The notes beneath the pieces are model-generated. The model worked only from the letters and a program-made list of their open reading frames with translations, made no database searches and was not told where the DNA came from. From assembly GCA_963762145.1 (NCBI GenBank), contig CAVXJS010000009.1:288001-352000 (forward strand): DNA of 64,000 bases, read 5' to 3'. The translations under genes were made by a program, and so were the position numbers. The DNA is from an uncultured Candidatus Rokubacteria bacterium (GTDB lineage Bacteria > Methylomirabilota > Methylomirabilia > Rokubacteriales > CSP1-6). Positions 1 through 9,015 of the stretch are shown in pieces (within the stretch, counting starts at the first letter, position 1; the number at the start of each line of letters is the position of its first letter).

Positions 1-1
1 C

Positions 2-130
2 GATACGTTCAGCTTCCAGGCCCCGGGCTTCTACGAGCGGCTCGGCTACTGGACCTATGCCCGCGCGGAGGACTGGCCGGTCGGCCATACCCATCACTTT
101 CTCAGGAAGGATCTGCTGCCCGCCCCGTGA
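2..130 (+). CDS. GNAT N-acetyltransferase, C-terminal fragment cut by the window edge
   Basis: Frame 2 reads DTFSFQAPGFYERLGY...HFLRKDL*, a typical GNAT C-terminus; its stop overlaps the next GTG. Confidence 0.75.
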   Translation, partial: DTFSFQAPGFYERLGYWTYARAEDWPVGHTHHFLRKDLLPAP

Positions 131-504
131 TCAAGCTCGTCTTCTGCCTCCGCCGCCTGCCCCACCTCTCCCGCGAAGAATTTCAGCGCTACTGGCTCGA
201 TTCCCACGGCCCGCTGGTCCGAGAGCTGGCCCCCGCGCTGGGCATCAAGCGCTACACCCAGGTGCACACCGTGACGTCCGCCTTCAGCGAGGCGATGCGC
301 CGCCACCGCGGCGCTCCCGACGACTTCGACGGCGTGGCCGAGCTCTGGTGGGACACGGTGGAGGAATTCGCCCGCATGGGCGCGACGCCCGAGGGCCGCG
401 CGGCGGGGCGGCGGCTGCTCGAGGATGAAAAACGTTTCATCGACCTCGCGCGCTCGCCGATCTGGTTCGGCGAGGAGCACTCGCTGCTCGATGGCACCAG
501 GTAA
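127..504 (+). CDS. EthD-family protein
   Basis: KLVFCLRR..LSREEFQRYW...HGPL and DFDGVAELWWD...DEKRFID motifs. Confidence 0.85.
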   Translation: MIKLVFCLRRLPHLSREEFQRYWLDSHGPLVRELAPALGIKRYTQVHTVTSAFSEAMRRHRGAPDDFDGVAELWWDTVEEFARMGATPEGRAAGRRLLEDEKRFIDLARSPIWFGEEHSLLDGTR

Positions 505-650
505 ATCCGTGAGGACCGCGTATCGCTTACACGGTAAGTTGTACCCGATGGCTCACCCGCCACGACAGCTAGTAGCCCCGCGTTTCACTGAAAACGCGTC
601 CGACGTGCATTTGATCGTCGCTATCCCTCCTGCCTCGGCGCGTCGCCGCG

Positions 651-666
651 TGGCACGCAACTTGTG
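651..666 (+). promoter_or_regulatory. sigma-54 (-24/-12) promoter for the PEP-CTERM gene
   Basis: TGGCAC-GCAAC-TTGTG versus consensus TGGCAC-N5-TTGC; about 170 nt upstream of ATG 836. Confidence 0.65.
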
Positions 667-835
667 TCCTACGAGCAACTCGATCGGGGGCAAGATCTTC
701 GAAACCTGAACAACTATGAAGCGTGACGTACGTAGTGTGCAGGGGAGTTCACATTTGATTCAAGTAGGTGGCAGCCGAACGGGTGGGTTGGGAAACGAGT
801 CATTGGGTTCCTCTTAGCGTGAAGGGATAAGGAGA

Positions 836-1762
836 ATGGAAATGCGCTCATATACTCGGTTCGGGGTTTTCCTCGCCGTGTTCGCCGCCGCCGTGCTCAC
901 CGGCGCCACCGTGATGGCCGCCCCGATCACATTGCCAACGAGCCCGCTGTTCATCCAGTACACCAACAATGAACAGTTCAGTATCAGCAATTCGATCCAA
1001 AGCACCAATGCCACAACGGGAGCCGTCACGAGTGAGGGCAACTGGGGCATTCTCCAGATCTCGAGCATCGTGAGAGGCACGGCCCTGAACCCGCTCGGCA
1101 GCGATATTCAGGGTGGCGGAGCTAACGTATTCAGCGACGGAGGAGTCGGCGGCCCGCAGATTACCGGTATCTTTTACGGGACACAGGTCAATCCAGGTGG
1201 CCTTAGCGCAACCGGTGGCGCTATTGACCTCTATTGGCGGGATGTCGGAACGGCGAACACCGGCGCTGACCTCGCCGCCGGCTTCGATCCCACGCGGCGT
1301 CTGAACCAGAGGACTTACACGGGCTATGCTGAGCCACTCAACGCGAATTTCATTTTTCTCGCGCAGCTCACGTATGGTCCCGGTTGCGATAGCAACCCCG
1401 CTAACCACGTCTGCACCGGCGTCGCCCCGGGAACTGGAGACGGAACCGCGAAGAGCTACCAGAGTGTCAACTTGGCGGCGGGCGGGCTTTGGGCGAGCCA
1501 GCTCGACAGCAACTTCTTCACTCTCGATGCCAACGGGAACCCGCAGACGACCCCGCAAGATGTCCGGTCAGACAGCAACTTCACCCGCAACGGAGCTTCA
1601 GCGTGGGATGGTGCCGGCGACATCATCGGCCTTCGCAGCAATGACCCGGTTCGTGTGGACAATCTCGAACCCGTTCCCGAACCCGGAACCCTGGGTCTTT
1701 TCGGATTGGCGATGGTCGGAGTGGGCTACATGCGCCGGCGCATGAACATGAAGAAGAAATAA
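836..1762 (+). CDS. PEP-CTERM sorting-domain surface protein
   Basis: N-terminal signal peptide, Gly/Ser/Thr/Asn-rich body, C-terminal VPEPGTLGLFGLAMVGVGYMRRR; RBS AAGGAG. Confidence 0.92.
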   Translation: MEMRSYTRFGVFLAVFAAAVLTGATVMAAPITLPTSPLFIQYTNNEQFSISNSIQSTNATTGAVTSEGNWGILQISSIVRGTALNPLGSDIQGGGANVFSDGGVGGPQITGIFYGTQVNPGGLSATGGAIDLYWRDVGTANTGADLAAGFDPTRRLNQRTYTGYAEPLNANFIFLAQLTYGPGCDSNPANHVCTGVAPGTGDGTAKSYQSVNLAAGGLWASQLDSNFFTLDANGNPQTTPQDVRSDSNFTRNGASAWDGAGDIIGLRSNDPVRVDNLEPVPEPGTLGLFGLAMVGVGYMRRRMNMKKK

Positions 1763-1792
1763 TCCGCGGCTCACAGTCTACGTGTTTCGGCG

Positions 1793-1822
1793 CAAAGGGG
1801 GCAACTGCCCCCTTTGTCGTTT
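1793..1822 (+). terminator. intrinsic terminator after the PEP-CTERM gene
   Basis: CAAAGGGGGCA-AC-TGCCCCCTTTG perfect hairpin followed by TCGTTT. Confidence 0.7.
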
Positions 1823-2099
1823 ACGGAGCCCGGTGGCCGTCTGAAGGATGCGGCGTCTGAACCGTCTCTACGGCTCGCGTCCGCATATTTCGCGGAGGCT
1901 GAGCTCGACCGCTGAGCCAAGTGATGGGAGAAGATCCGGGATCGCGCTCCCCACCGCCAGCCCGGGCGGTACGGCGGACGAGGCACTGTGCGAGCACATC
2001 GTTCGCAGGCCGTGGTACGGTGGCGCCCCTGATGACCGCTCCAGCCGGCTTGGCGGTTCTTGAGCGTAGCATTGCTATCCTCATACTGGTGTTCGACTC

Positions 2100-2759
2100 G
2101 TGACAGCCCAACGAATCCGCCTGGGACTGCAATTGCTCGGGACGATCGCGATTCTGGCGTGGGTACCCGGGAATGCGGCGAAACTCGTGGCAATGCTGGT
2201 GATCTGGGCACTTGGCTTCGGAAGATTATCCCGCTCCGATGTGGTGTTCATGATCGGTGTCAACCTGTTGTTCATCTGTATGAACCTTGGCGCCCTGCGC
2301 AAGGGAGCCTTCCGGTTCACCAGCCCCGACGCCCTGGGCATGCCCATGTATGAGTTCGCCATGTGGGGGTTCTATACCCTCCATACCATCCGCTTCCTTG
2401 ACGGGATGGCCCCTGGGGGGAGCCGATGGACGGCCTTGATCATGGCAGCTGCGCTTGCAGTTCCCTTCTCTATGGTTAGCGACCCGGGCGTCTTGACCCT
2501 GCTGTCGGGAATAGTCCTAGGCACCAGCCTCGCGTTGTACAGGGAGCCCATGGATTTTGCGTATGCCGCGTACATGGTCATGATGGGTACCTTGATCGAG
2601 TACGTCGGTGTGTGGACAGGGCAATGGAGCTACCCGGGCAATCCGCCGGGTGGGGTGCCGTCGTGGTTCATCCCCATGTGGGGAGGAGTCGGGTTATTCA
2701 CCCGCAGATTGCTTCTGCCCTTACTGCGCCAAGGCGCCGGATCACCGGTACCCGGCTGA
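2100..2759 (+). CDS. polytopic membrane protein with two internal repeats (DUF2878/lycopene-cyclase/CruF-like); candidate FeeH-like tailoring enzyme
   Basis: Hydrophobic 219 aa; repeats GAFRFTSPDALGMPMYEFAMWG and GQWSYPGNPPGGVPSWFIPMWG; lies 21 nt upstream of the flavo-oxidase. Confidence 0.6.
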   Translation: MTAQRIRLGLQLLGTIAILAWVPGNAAKLVAMLVIWALGFGRLSRSDVVFMIGVNLLFICMNLGALRKGAFRFTSPDALGMPMYEFAMWGFYTLHTIRFLDGMAPGGSRWTALIMAAALAVPFSMVSDPGVLTLLSGIVLGTSLALYREPMDFAYAAYMVMMGTLIEYVGVWTGQWSYPGNPPGGVPSWFIPMWGGVGLFTRRLLLPLLRQGAGSPVPG

Positions 2760-2780
2760 TGCGCGCCCGCCGTCGGGCTC

Positions 2781-4397
2781 GTGTCAGGAGGAATTCCGGT
2801 GGAGCTCCCTAGGGCCCTGCTGGATTGGAGCGCGCTTCTCGGCCAATCGCGTGTTCTCGATGCCGGGGCGGCACAAGCCGACTATGGGCGCTGTACCACC
2901 GGGATACGGCGCCGGCTTGCGGGGGCCCTGAGGCCGTGTGAACGCTCGCAGATCCCGCCGATCGTCGAGATCGCCGCCCGCTTCAAGGTCCCGCTCTATC
3001 CCATCAGCACCGGCCACAATTGGGGGTATGGAACGGCCTTGCCGCCTACGGACGACTGCATGATTCTGGATCTTTCCGGACTCGACCGGATTCTGGAATT
3101 CGACGCGGAAACCGGCCTGGTAACTGTCGAGCCGGGGGTCACGCAGCGGCAACTCGCCGAGTTCCTTGACCGTGGGGACCATCAATACCTGGTGCCGGTT
3201 ACCGGGGCGGGACCGACGTGCAGCATTGTCGGCAATGCCCTCGAGCGCGGCTATGGGATTACGCCCCAGGCTGACCACTTCGGCGCCGTGATGGCGCTCG
3301 AAGCGGTGTTACCGGATGGTCGTGTGTACCGCTCCGCCCTGTCCGAGCTCGATGGACAGCAGCTTGATCGTGCCTTCAAGTGGGGAATCGGCCCCTATCT
3401 GGACGGGATCTTTTCGCAGAGTGGCTTTGGCGTCGTGACGCAGATGACTATCGCTCTCTCCCGTCGTCCCGCTGCCATCAAGATCTTTCTCTTCGGTTTG
3501 AAGAGGTCAGAACAGCTCGGGAGCTTGGTGGAACGGGTGCGCGAGGTGATTGCCCGATTCCCCGGGATCGTCGGCGGCATCAACCTGATGAATGCGCATC
3601 GGGTGCTGGCCATGGCGGTGCCCTATCCCCGCGAGCGATTGGGTTCTGATGGTCTCATCTCTCCGGAACTGCTGGCCGAGCTCAGCCGCGAGAATCAGGT
3701 GATGCCCTGGACGGGCTTCGGCACTCTCTATGGCTCCAAGGGAGTGGTGAGAGCCGCGCAGCGTGAGGTACGCGATCTTTTGGGACCCCTGGTGTCTCGG
3801 CTGGTATTCATCAGCCCGGAGGGCGGACGGACATTGGCTCGAGCTGGAAGTATGTTGCCGAGCTATTTTCGTTCGAAGTTCGCCCGGAACCTGGAGATGC
3901 TCGAACGGTCCCTGCAGCTCGTAGCGGGGCGGCCGAATGAAACCGCTCTGCCCCTGTGCTACTGGAACACTCGCAAGCAACCTCGCGCGGGTGCCGCCAT
4001 GGATCCGGCCCGTGACGGCTGCGGCGTGGCATGGTATTCACCGCTCGTGCCCATGAAGCCGGACGGCGTTGCCGCCTACGTGCGAATGGTCACCGCCATC
4101 ATGCAAGAACATCGGCTGGAGCCGCTGATCACTTTGACCAGCCTGTCCGACAGGTGCTTTGACAGCACCGTGCCATTGCTGTTCGACCTGGATTCAGAGG
4201 AGAGCCGGAGGAATGCCGAGACCTGCTACTGGGCGCTCCTGGAGGCTGGGCGAGGTCAGGGCTTCCTTCCGTACCGGGTGGGCATTCAGACGATGAACTG
4301 GCTGTCCCAGAATGACGCGACGTTCTGGCAGGTTGTCCGGGAGATCAAGAAGACGCTGGATCCCCACGCGATCATCTCTCCGGGAAGGTACGTTTGA
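2781..4397 (+). CDS. FAD-linked oxidase, VAO/p-cresol methylhydroxylase (4-phenol oxidase) family; FeeG/CndG-like
   Basis: PISTGHNWGYG, VEPGVT, GNALERGYGITP.ADH, GPYLDGIFSQS.FGVVT, GFLPYR and C-terminal LDPHAIISPGRY motifs. Confidence 0.88.
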   Translation: MSGGIPVELPRALLDWSALLGQSRVLDAGAAQADYGRCTTGIRRRLAGALRPCERSQIPPIVEIAARFKVPLYPISTGHNWGYGTALPPTDDCMILDLSGLDRILEFDAETGLVTVEPGVTQRQLAEFLDRGDHQYLVPVTGAGPTCSIVGNALERGYGITPQADHFGAVMALEAVLPDGRVYRSALSELDGQQLDRAFKWGIGPYLDGIFSQSGFGVVTQMTIALSRRPAAIKIFLFGLKRSEQLGSLVERVREVIARFPGIVGGINLMNAHRVLAMAVPYPRERLGSDGLISPELLAELSRENQVMPWTGFGTLYGSKGVVRAAQREVRDLLGPLVSRLVFISPEGGRTLARAGSMLPSYFRSKFARNLEMLERSLQLVAGRPNETALPLCYWNTRKQPRAGAAMDPARDGCGVAWYSPLVPMKPDGVAAYVRMVTAIMQEHRLEPLITLTSLSDRCFDSTVPLLFDLDSEESRRNAETCYWALLEAGRGQGFLPYRVGIQTMNWLSQNDATFWQVVREIKKTLDPHAIISPGRYV

Positions 4398-4572
4398 TCT
4401 CAGCCGTCCCCGCGAGTCTCGCCAAGGGTGCGCCGGGCGCCCGCGGGCCAGGCGCCGACGACCCTGGAGGCCGTCGACGCCGAGGCCGGGCTGCCACGTC
4501 AGCTACGCCATGGCGAGACGCAGGGGGTTCCCTCGGTCGACAACGCGAGTGGGTGCGGAGCCTCCGACCCGC

Positions 4573-5436
4573 CTAGGGGTGGCAGCCGGCCAGAATGTAT
4601 GCCCGGTGGGCCTCGGAAGCCTCCGTCAATGCTTCGTGGCGCGAGAAGAAATACTCGACGCGCTCCTGCAGAGGAATGACCCGCCTCAAATCCTGGGCCA
4701 GCCGAGTCATCACCGCCTCGACGTTGGCAGGATGGAAGAGAAACTCATGGACTTCGCTGATCATGCGGCGACCATCGCGCAACTGGCTCATCAAAGACCG
4801 CGCGAGCGCAAGGTCGATCCTGAGGGCAATCGCGGGTGCACCATTGACCTTGCCGTACTGCTTCAGGCCGCCGATGTCCTGAAAGTGAAACGCCTTCCGA
4901 TAGAAGGGGGCGTGATGCGGATTGACGGCGATACAGAGATCGCTTTTCGTCTGGGCCGCATAGATGACCAGCATCCGGATCAATCGCAGGAGGATTGGGA
5001 CTCCTGATGACTGGTACTCAGGATCCATGGCCAGCGCCGAAACCTCCGCCAGATTACACCTCGCGTCCCGAAGCCTCCGGAGCTCATCCGTGTAGATCTC
5101 GTCCATCGGGAGACCGAGCGGAGAATCGGCGATGAGTGTCATCGTCCCTATGACGCGACCGCGGGACCGGGCTACAAACACGCGTGTTGCCGAGAGGGCA
5201 TTGTGAAGGCTCAGGCGCCAGCCGGACGGATGTGCATCCATGTAGCCGTGAGCCACGTATTGGTCGTGTTGTAGACGGAAGGCCTGCTCGAGGGTGCGAC
5301 GATCGGTGGCAAGACCGAAGTCGAGCTCATCTGCGAGCGGGTCGTTCTGGAACCAGACAGCTTTGAGCCGTGAGCGGCTCGTGGTCGGCGATGAAACAGT
5401 CTCCGCGTGCAGGGTCTGAACCGGCGATGCCGACAT
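4573..5436 (-). CDS. FeeM-like N-acyl amino acid synthase (GNAT fold; PEP-CTERM-associated acyltransferase type)
   Basis: AFRLQHDQYVAHGY, IGTMTLIADSPLGLPMDEIY, LAEVSALA, LCIAVNPHHAPFY, VNGAPA motifs; RBS GGAGGG before ATG 5436. Confidence 0.85.
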   Translation of the reverse strand: MSASPVQTLHAETVSSPTTSRSRLKAVWFQNDPLADELDFGLATDRRTLEQAFRLQHDQYVAHGYMDAHPSGWRLSLHNALSATRVFVARSRGRVIGTMTLIADSPLGLPMDEIYTDELRRLRDARCNLAEVSALAMDPEYQSSGVPILLRLIRMLVIYAAQTKSDLCIAVNPHHAPFYRKAFHFQDIGGLKQYGKVNGAPAIALRIDLALARSLMSQLRDGRRMISEVHEFLFHPANVEAVMTRLAQDLRRVIPLQERVEYFFSRHEALTEASEAHRAYILAGCHP

Positions 5437-5594
5437 CACGTGTCCCTCCCTCGCTGGATGGCCTGCTCTCCGTGGGCGGGACACGCCCTCTTCGGCAGCC
5501 GCGCTCAGGTCCTTTTGGTTCCTGACCTCTGGCTTTACATGCCGGCCTCGCGACCGGTTTGCCTTTATCGGAAGAAGGCTTTTACGGTTCTAGC

Positions 5595-5610
5595 AGCGAA
5601 ACCTGTGCCA
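5595..5610 (-). promoter_or_regulatory. sigma-54 promoter for the FeeM-like gene
   Basis: Minus strand reads TGGCAC-AGGTT-TCGCT. Confidence 0.65.
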
Positions 5611-6046
5611 CTCGATCTGTCGCAGACGACATTGCTTATGTTCCTAAAACCTAAGGGAATAGGCGTCCCTTGCATCGACGGACCAAATTCCAGGCGTCAG
5701 ATTCCTGACAGGCAACCTTCATTTGGTGACACTCGTGTGACATCACTCGACAAATGGCGTTAGGATTTGCGCGACGAACGTTTCAGGCTTTCGAACTCTT
5801 CTGCACGGGCCGCACAAACTCTGCGCGGGGACATCTCCAAGCTGCGTAGATGTCGTAAGACTCTTCGACGTGGCAGAAAGGGCTACGAGAGATTGATTCC
5901 GGTCGAATATTTGCTGTCATTTCTCGGAGACATTTACGGCATCAGCGTGGTCTGAGCAAGTCCTTTCTGGAGGAGGCAGGGCGGACCGCAAGGCCTAGCG
6001 CCTCAACGCGCGACGATGTCGCAGCTAGCCATAGCGGATTCTACCC

Positions 6047-6212
6047 ATGAAGCGGCCGATTGCTGGTTGGCCGCTTGCCCTTCGGCGGGCTCGGGTCACT
6101 GGCTCCGGAGCCGGCCACCCTGCTGCTGCTCGGTAGCTCCTTTGCCACCCTCGGCGTGGCTCTGCGCCGCCACCTGGCCGCGCGGAAGGCCGAGGCGGGC
6201 TACCGCGGGTAG
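6047..6212 (+). CDS. miniature PEP-CTERM peptide (TTG start at 6060, or ATG 6047 with a frameshift)
   Basis: Frame from 6060 reads LLVGRLPFGGLGSLAPEPATLLLLGSSFATLGVALRRHLAARK...*; absent from the ORF track because it is short. Confidence 0.7.
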
Positions 6213-8095
6213 CCCAGCGCCTTCAGCGAATCGCTGATCTCACCGAGGATCGCGGGGTCGTCGATGGTGGCGGGCACGGTGTGCTCGACGCCATCGGCGA
6301 TCTTCTTCATCGTCCCGCGCAGGATCTTGCCCGAGCGAGTCTTCGGCAGCCGCTTGACCACCGCCACCGTCTTGAACGCGGCGACCGGCCCGATCTTCTC
6401 GCGTACCAGCTCGACGAGCTCGCGGCAGAGGTCGGCCTCGGCGCGCTCCACGCCGGCCTTGGTGACGACCAGGCCCACCGGCACCTCGCCCTTGATCTCG
6501 TCGGCCACGCCCATGACCGCGCACTCGGCCACGTCCGGGTGCGCGGCGAGCACCTCCTCCATCGCGCCGGTGGAGAGCCGGTGTCCGGCCACGTTGATGA
6601 TGTCGTCCACGCGGCTCATGATGTAGATGTACTCGTCCTCGTCCTTGTAGCCCGCGTCGCCGGTGAGGTAGTAGCCCGGATGCCGCGTGAGGTACGAGCG
6701 CTCGAAGCCCTCGTCGTTGTGCCAGAGAGTGGGCAGACTGCTGGGCGGCATCGGCAGCTTCACCGCGATGGAGCCGATCTGGCCCGCCGGCACCTCGCGG
6801 TTGTCCTCCCCCAGCACGCGGATGTCGTAGCCCGGCACGACCTTGGTCGGGGAGCCCGGCTTGACCGGCAGCATGCCGAGCCCCACGCAGTTGGCCGCCA
6901 TCGGCCAGCCGGTCTCGGTCTGCCACCAGTGGTCCACCACCGGCACCTGGAGCTTCTCGCGCGCCCAGAGCAGGGTGTCGGGATCGCAGCGCTCGCCGGC
7001 CAGGAACAGCGTGCGGAAGCGCGAGAGATCGTACTTGCCGATGTGGGCGCCCTGCGGGTCCTCTTTCTTGATCGCGCGGAACGCGGTGGGCGCGGTGAAC
7101 AGCGCGCTCACTCCGTGCTGGGCGGAGACCCGCCAGAATGCGCCCGGATCGGGCGTGCCCACCGGCTTGCCCTCGTAGAGAATCGTGGTGCAGCCCTTGA
7201 GGAGCGGCGCGTAGACGATGTAGGAGTGGCCGACCACCCAGCCGATGTCCGAGGCCGCCCAGAAGGTCTCGCCCGCGCCCATGCCGTAGACCGCGTCCAT
7301 GCTCCACTTGAGCGCGACCGCGTGGCCGCCGTTGTCGCGTACCACGCCCTTGGGAATGCCGGTGGTCCCGGAGGTGTACAGGATGTAGAGCGGATCCGTG
7401 GCGGCCACCGGCACGCACTCGACCGGGGAGGCCGCCGCGACCGCCTCGCCCCAGTCCACGTCGCGGCCCGGCACGAGCGAGGCCGGCTCCATCGGGCGCT
7501 GCAGGATCACGCAGCGCGAGGGCTTGTGCGAGGCCATCGCGATGGCCTGGTCTAGCAGCGGCTTGTAGGGAATGACCCGGGTGCCCTCGATGCCGCACGA
7601 GGCCGAGAGCATCACCTTGGGCTTGGCGTCGTCGATGCGGGTGGCCAGCTCCTTGGGGGCGAAGCCGCCGAACACCACCGAGTGGATCGCCCCGATGCGC
7701 GCGCACGCGAGCATCGCCATCACCGCTTCGGGCACCGCCGGCATGTAGATGATGACCCGGTCGCCCTTCTCCACGCCCAGCCGTCGCAGGGCCCCCGCGA
7801 AGCGCGCGACCGCGTCGCGGAGCTCGAAGTAGGTGTAGGCGCGGACGATCCCGGTCACCGGGGAGTCGTAGATGAGCGCGGTCTGCTTGCCGCGGCCGCG
7901 GTCCACGTGGAGATCGAGCGCGTTGTAGCAGGTGTTCAGGACGCCGCCCGGGAACCAGCGGTAGTACGGCGGCCGCGAGGCGTCGAGCACCCGGTCCCAG
8001 CGCTTCTCCCAGTGGATGTCCTCGGCGCGCGCGGCCCAGAAGCCCTCCGGGTCATCGTGCGCGCGCCGGTACACCTCGTCGTAGATGGTCGCCAT
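6200..8095 (-). CDS. prpE: propionyl-CoA synthetase
   Basis: MATIYDEVY start; YILYTSGTTGIPKGVVRDNGGHAVAL, DHWWQTETGW, LPKTRSGKILR motifs. Confidence 0.88.
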   Translation of the reverse strand: MATIYDEVYRRAHDDPEGFWAARAEDIHWEKRWDRVLDASRPPYYRWFPGGVLNTCYNALDLHVDRGRGKQTALIYDSPVTGIVRAYTYFELRDAVARFAGALRRLGVEKGDRVIIYMPAVPEAVMAMLACARIGAIHSVVFGGFAPKELATRIDDAKPKVMLSASCGIEGTRVIPYKPLLDQAIAMASHKPSRCVILQRPMEPASLVPGRDVDWGEAVAAASPVECVPVAATDPLYILYTSGTTGIPKGVVRDNGGHAVALKWSMDAVYGMGAGETFWAASDIGWVVGHSYIVYAPLLKGCTTILYEGKPVGTPDPGAFWRVSAQHGVSALFTAPTAFRAIKKEDPQGAHIGKYDLSRFRTLFLAGERCDPDTLLWAREKLQVPVVDHWWQTETGWPMAANCVGLGMLPVKPGSPTKVVPGYDIRVLGEDNREVPAGQIGSIAVKLPMPPSSLPTLWHNDEGFERSYLTRHPGYYLTGDAGYKDEDEYIYIMSRVDDIINVAGHRLSTGAMEEVLAAHPDVAECAVMGVADEIKGEVPVGLVVTKAGVERAEADLCRELVELVREKIGPVAAFKTVAVVKRLPKTRSGKILRGTMKKIADGVEHTVPATIDDPAILGEISDSLKALGYPR

Positions 8096-8183
8096 GGATC
8101 GCCGCCTCCCTGGCCCCGGACTGTACAACGCGTCGCCCCGCCTTGCCAGGCCCCGGGCCGGCCGCCTATCATGCGGGCAGCTC

Positions 8184-8977
8184 ATGCGCCCGCGCCTCCG
8201 CGTCCTCGGCGTCCTGCTCCTGGCGGCCATCCACTCCGCGACCGCCGCGCGGGCCGCCGACGAGGAGGTCCGAACGATCCCGACGCGGCCGGGCGTCACC
8301 GAGTCGTTCCTCCTCCTGCGCCCGGCCGGCGCCCCGGTGGCCAGCGTGATCATCTTCGCGGGGGGCGACGGCAACCTCGCGATGACCGCCACCGGCATCG
8401 CCCAGCTGCAGGGCAACTTCCTCGTGCGGACCCGGATGCGCTGGGTCCGCGAGGGTTCCTGGTCGCGGTGCTGGACCGGCCCTCGGACCGGAAGAACGGG
8501 CTCTGGAACTTCCGCACCACGGCCGAGCACGCGGGGGACGTCAAGCAGGCCATCGCGGCGATGCGCGAGATCGCGCCGGTGCCGGTATGGCTCGTGGGCA
8601 CCAGCATGGGCTCGCTCTCCGCGGCCAACGCGGCGGCGCGCCTCCCCGAGGGCGGGCCCGACGGGATCGTGCTCACCTCCTCGGTCACCGAGACCTCGAA
8701 GATGAGCTACGAGACGACCCGGCACGCCGGGCTCGGCGAGATTCGCGTCCCCACCCTGGTGGTGCACCACAAGGACGACACGTGCCGGGCCTCGTCCTAC
8801 TCGGGCGCGGAGGACATCGTCAAGGCGCTCAAGCAGGCGCCGGTCAAGGAGCTGATCGCCTTCGAGGGCGGGAGCCCGGCCATCTCGGCGCCGTGCGAGG
8901 CGAAGGCGGCCCACGGCTACCTCGGCATCGAGGCGACGGTGGTCTCCGCCATCGGCGCCTGGATTCGCGCCCACTGA
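8184..8977 (+). CDS. exported alpha/beta hydrolase (frameshift near 8455)
   Basis: Signal peptide; GNFLVR joins FLVAVLD in the next frame; GTSMG nucleophile elbow; HGYLG. Confidence 0.8.
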
Positions 8978-9015
8978 CGGGAGCCGCACCCCGGGCCGCG
9001 GCCGCCTGGCGCGGG

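Noticed and set aside
680-835. Possible c-di-GMP-I riboswitch in the PEP-CTERM leader (GGGCAA...GAAA)
   Set aside because: The P2 stem around GAAA does not pair and the rest of the motif is missing; an Infernal/Rfam scan would settle it.
505-6212. Island as an integrative or mobile element
   Set aside because: I found no integrase, transposase, tRNA or flanking direct repeats; only the composition differs.
6200-8989. 929-aa ORF as an extended acyl-CoA synthetase fusion
   Set aside because: The N-terminal 300 aa or so are antisense to the hydrolase gene; the real start is ATG 8095.
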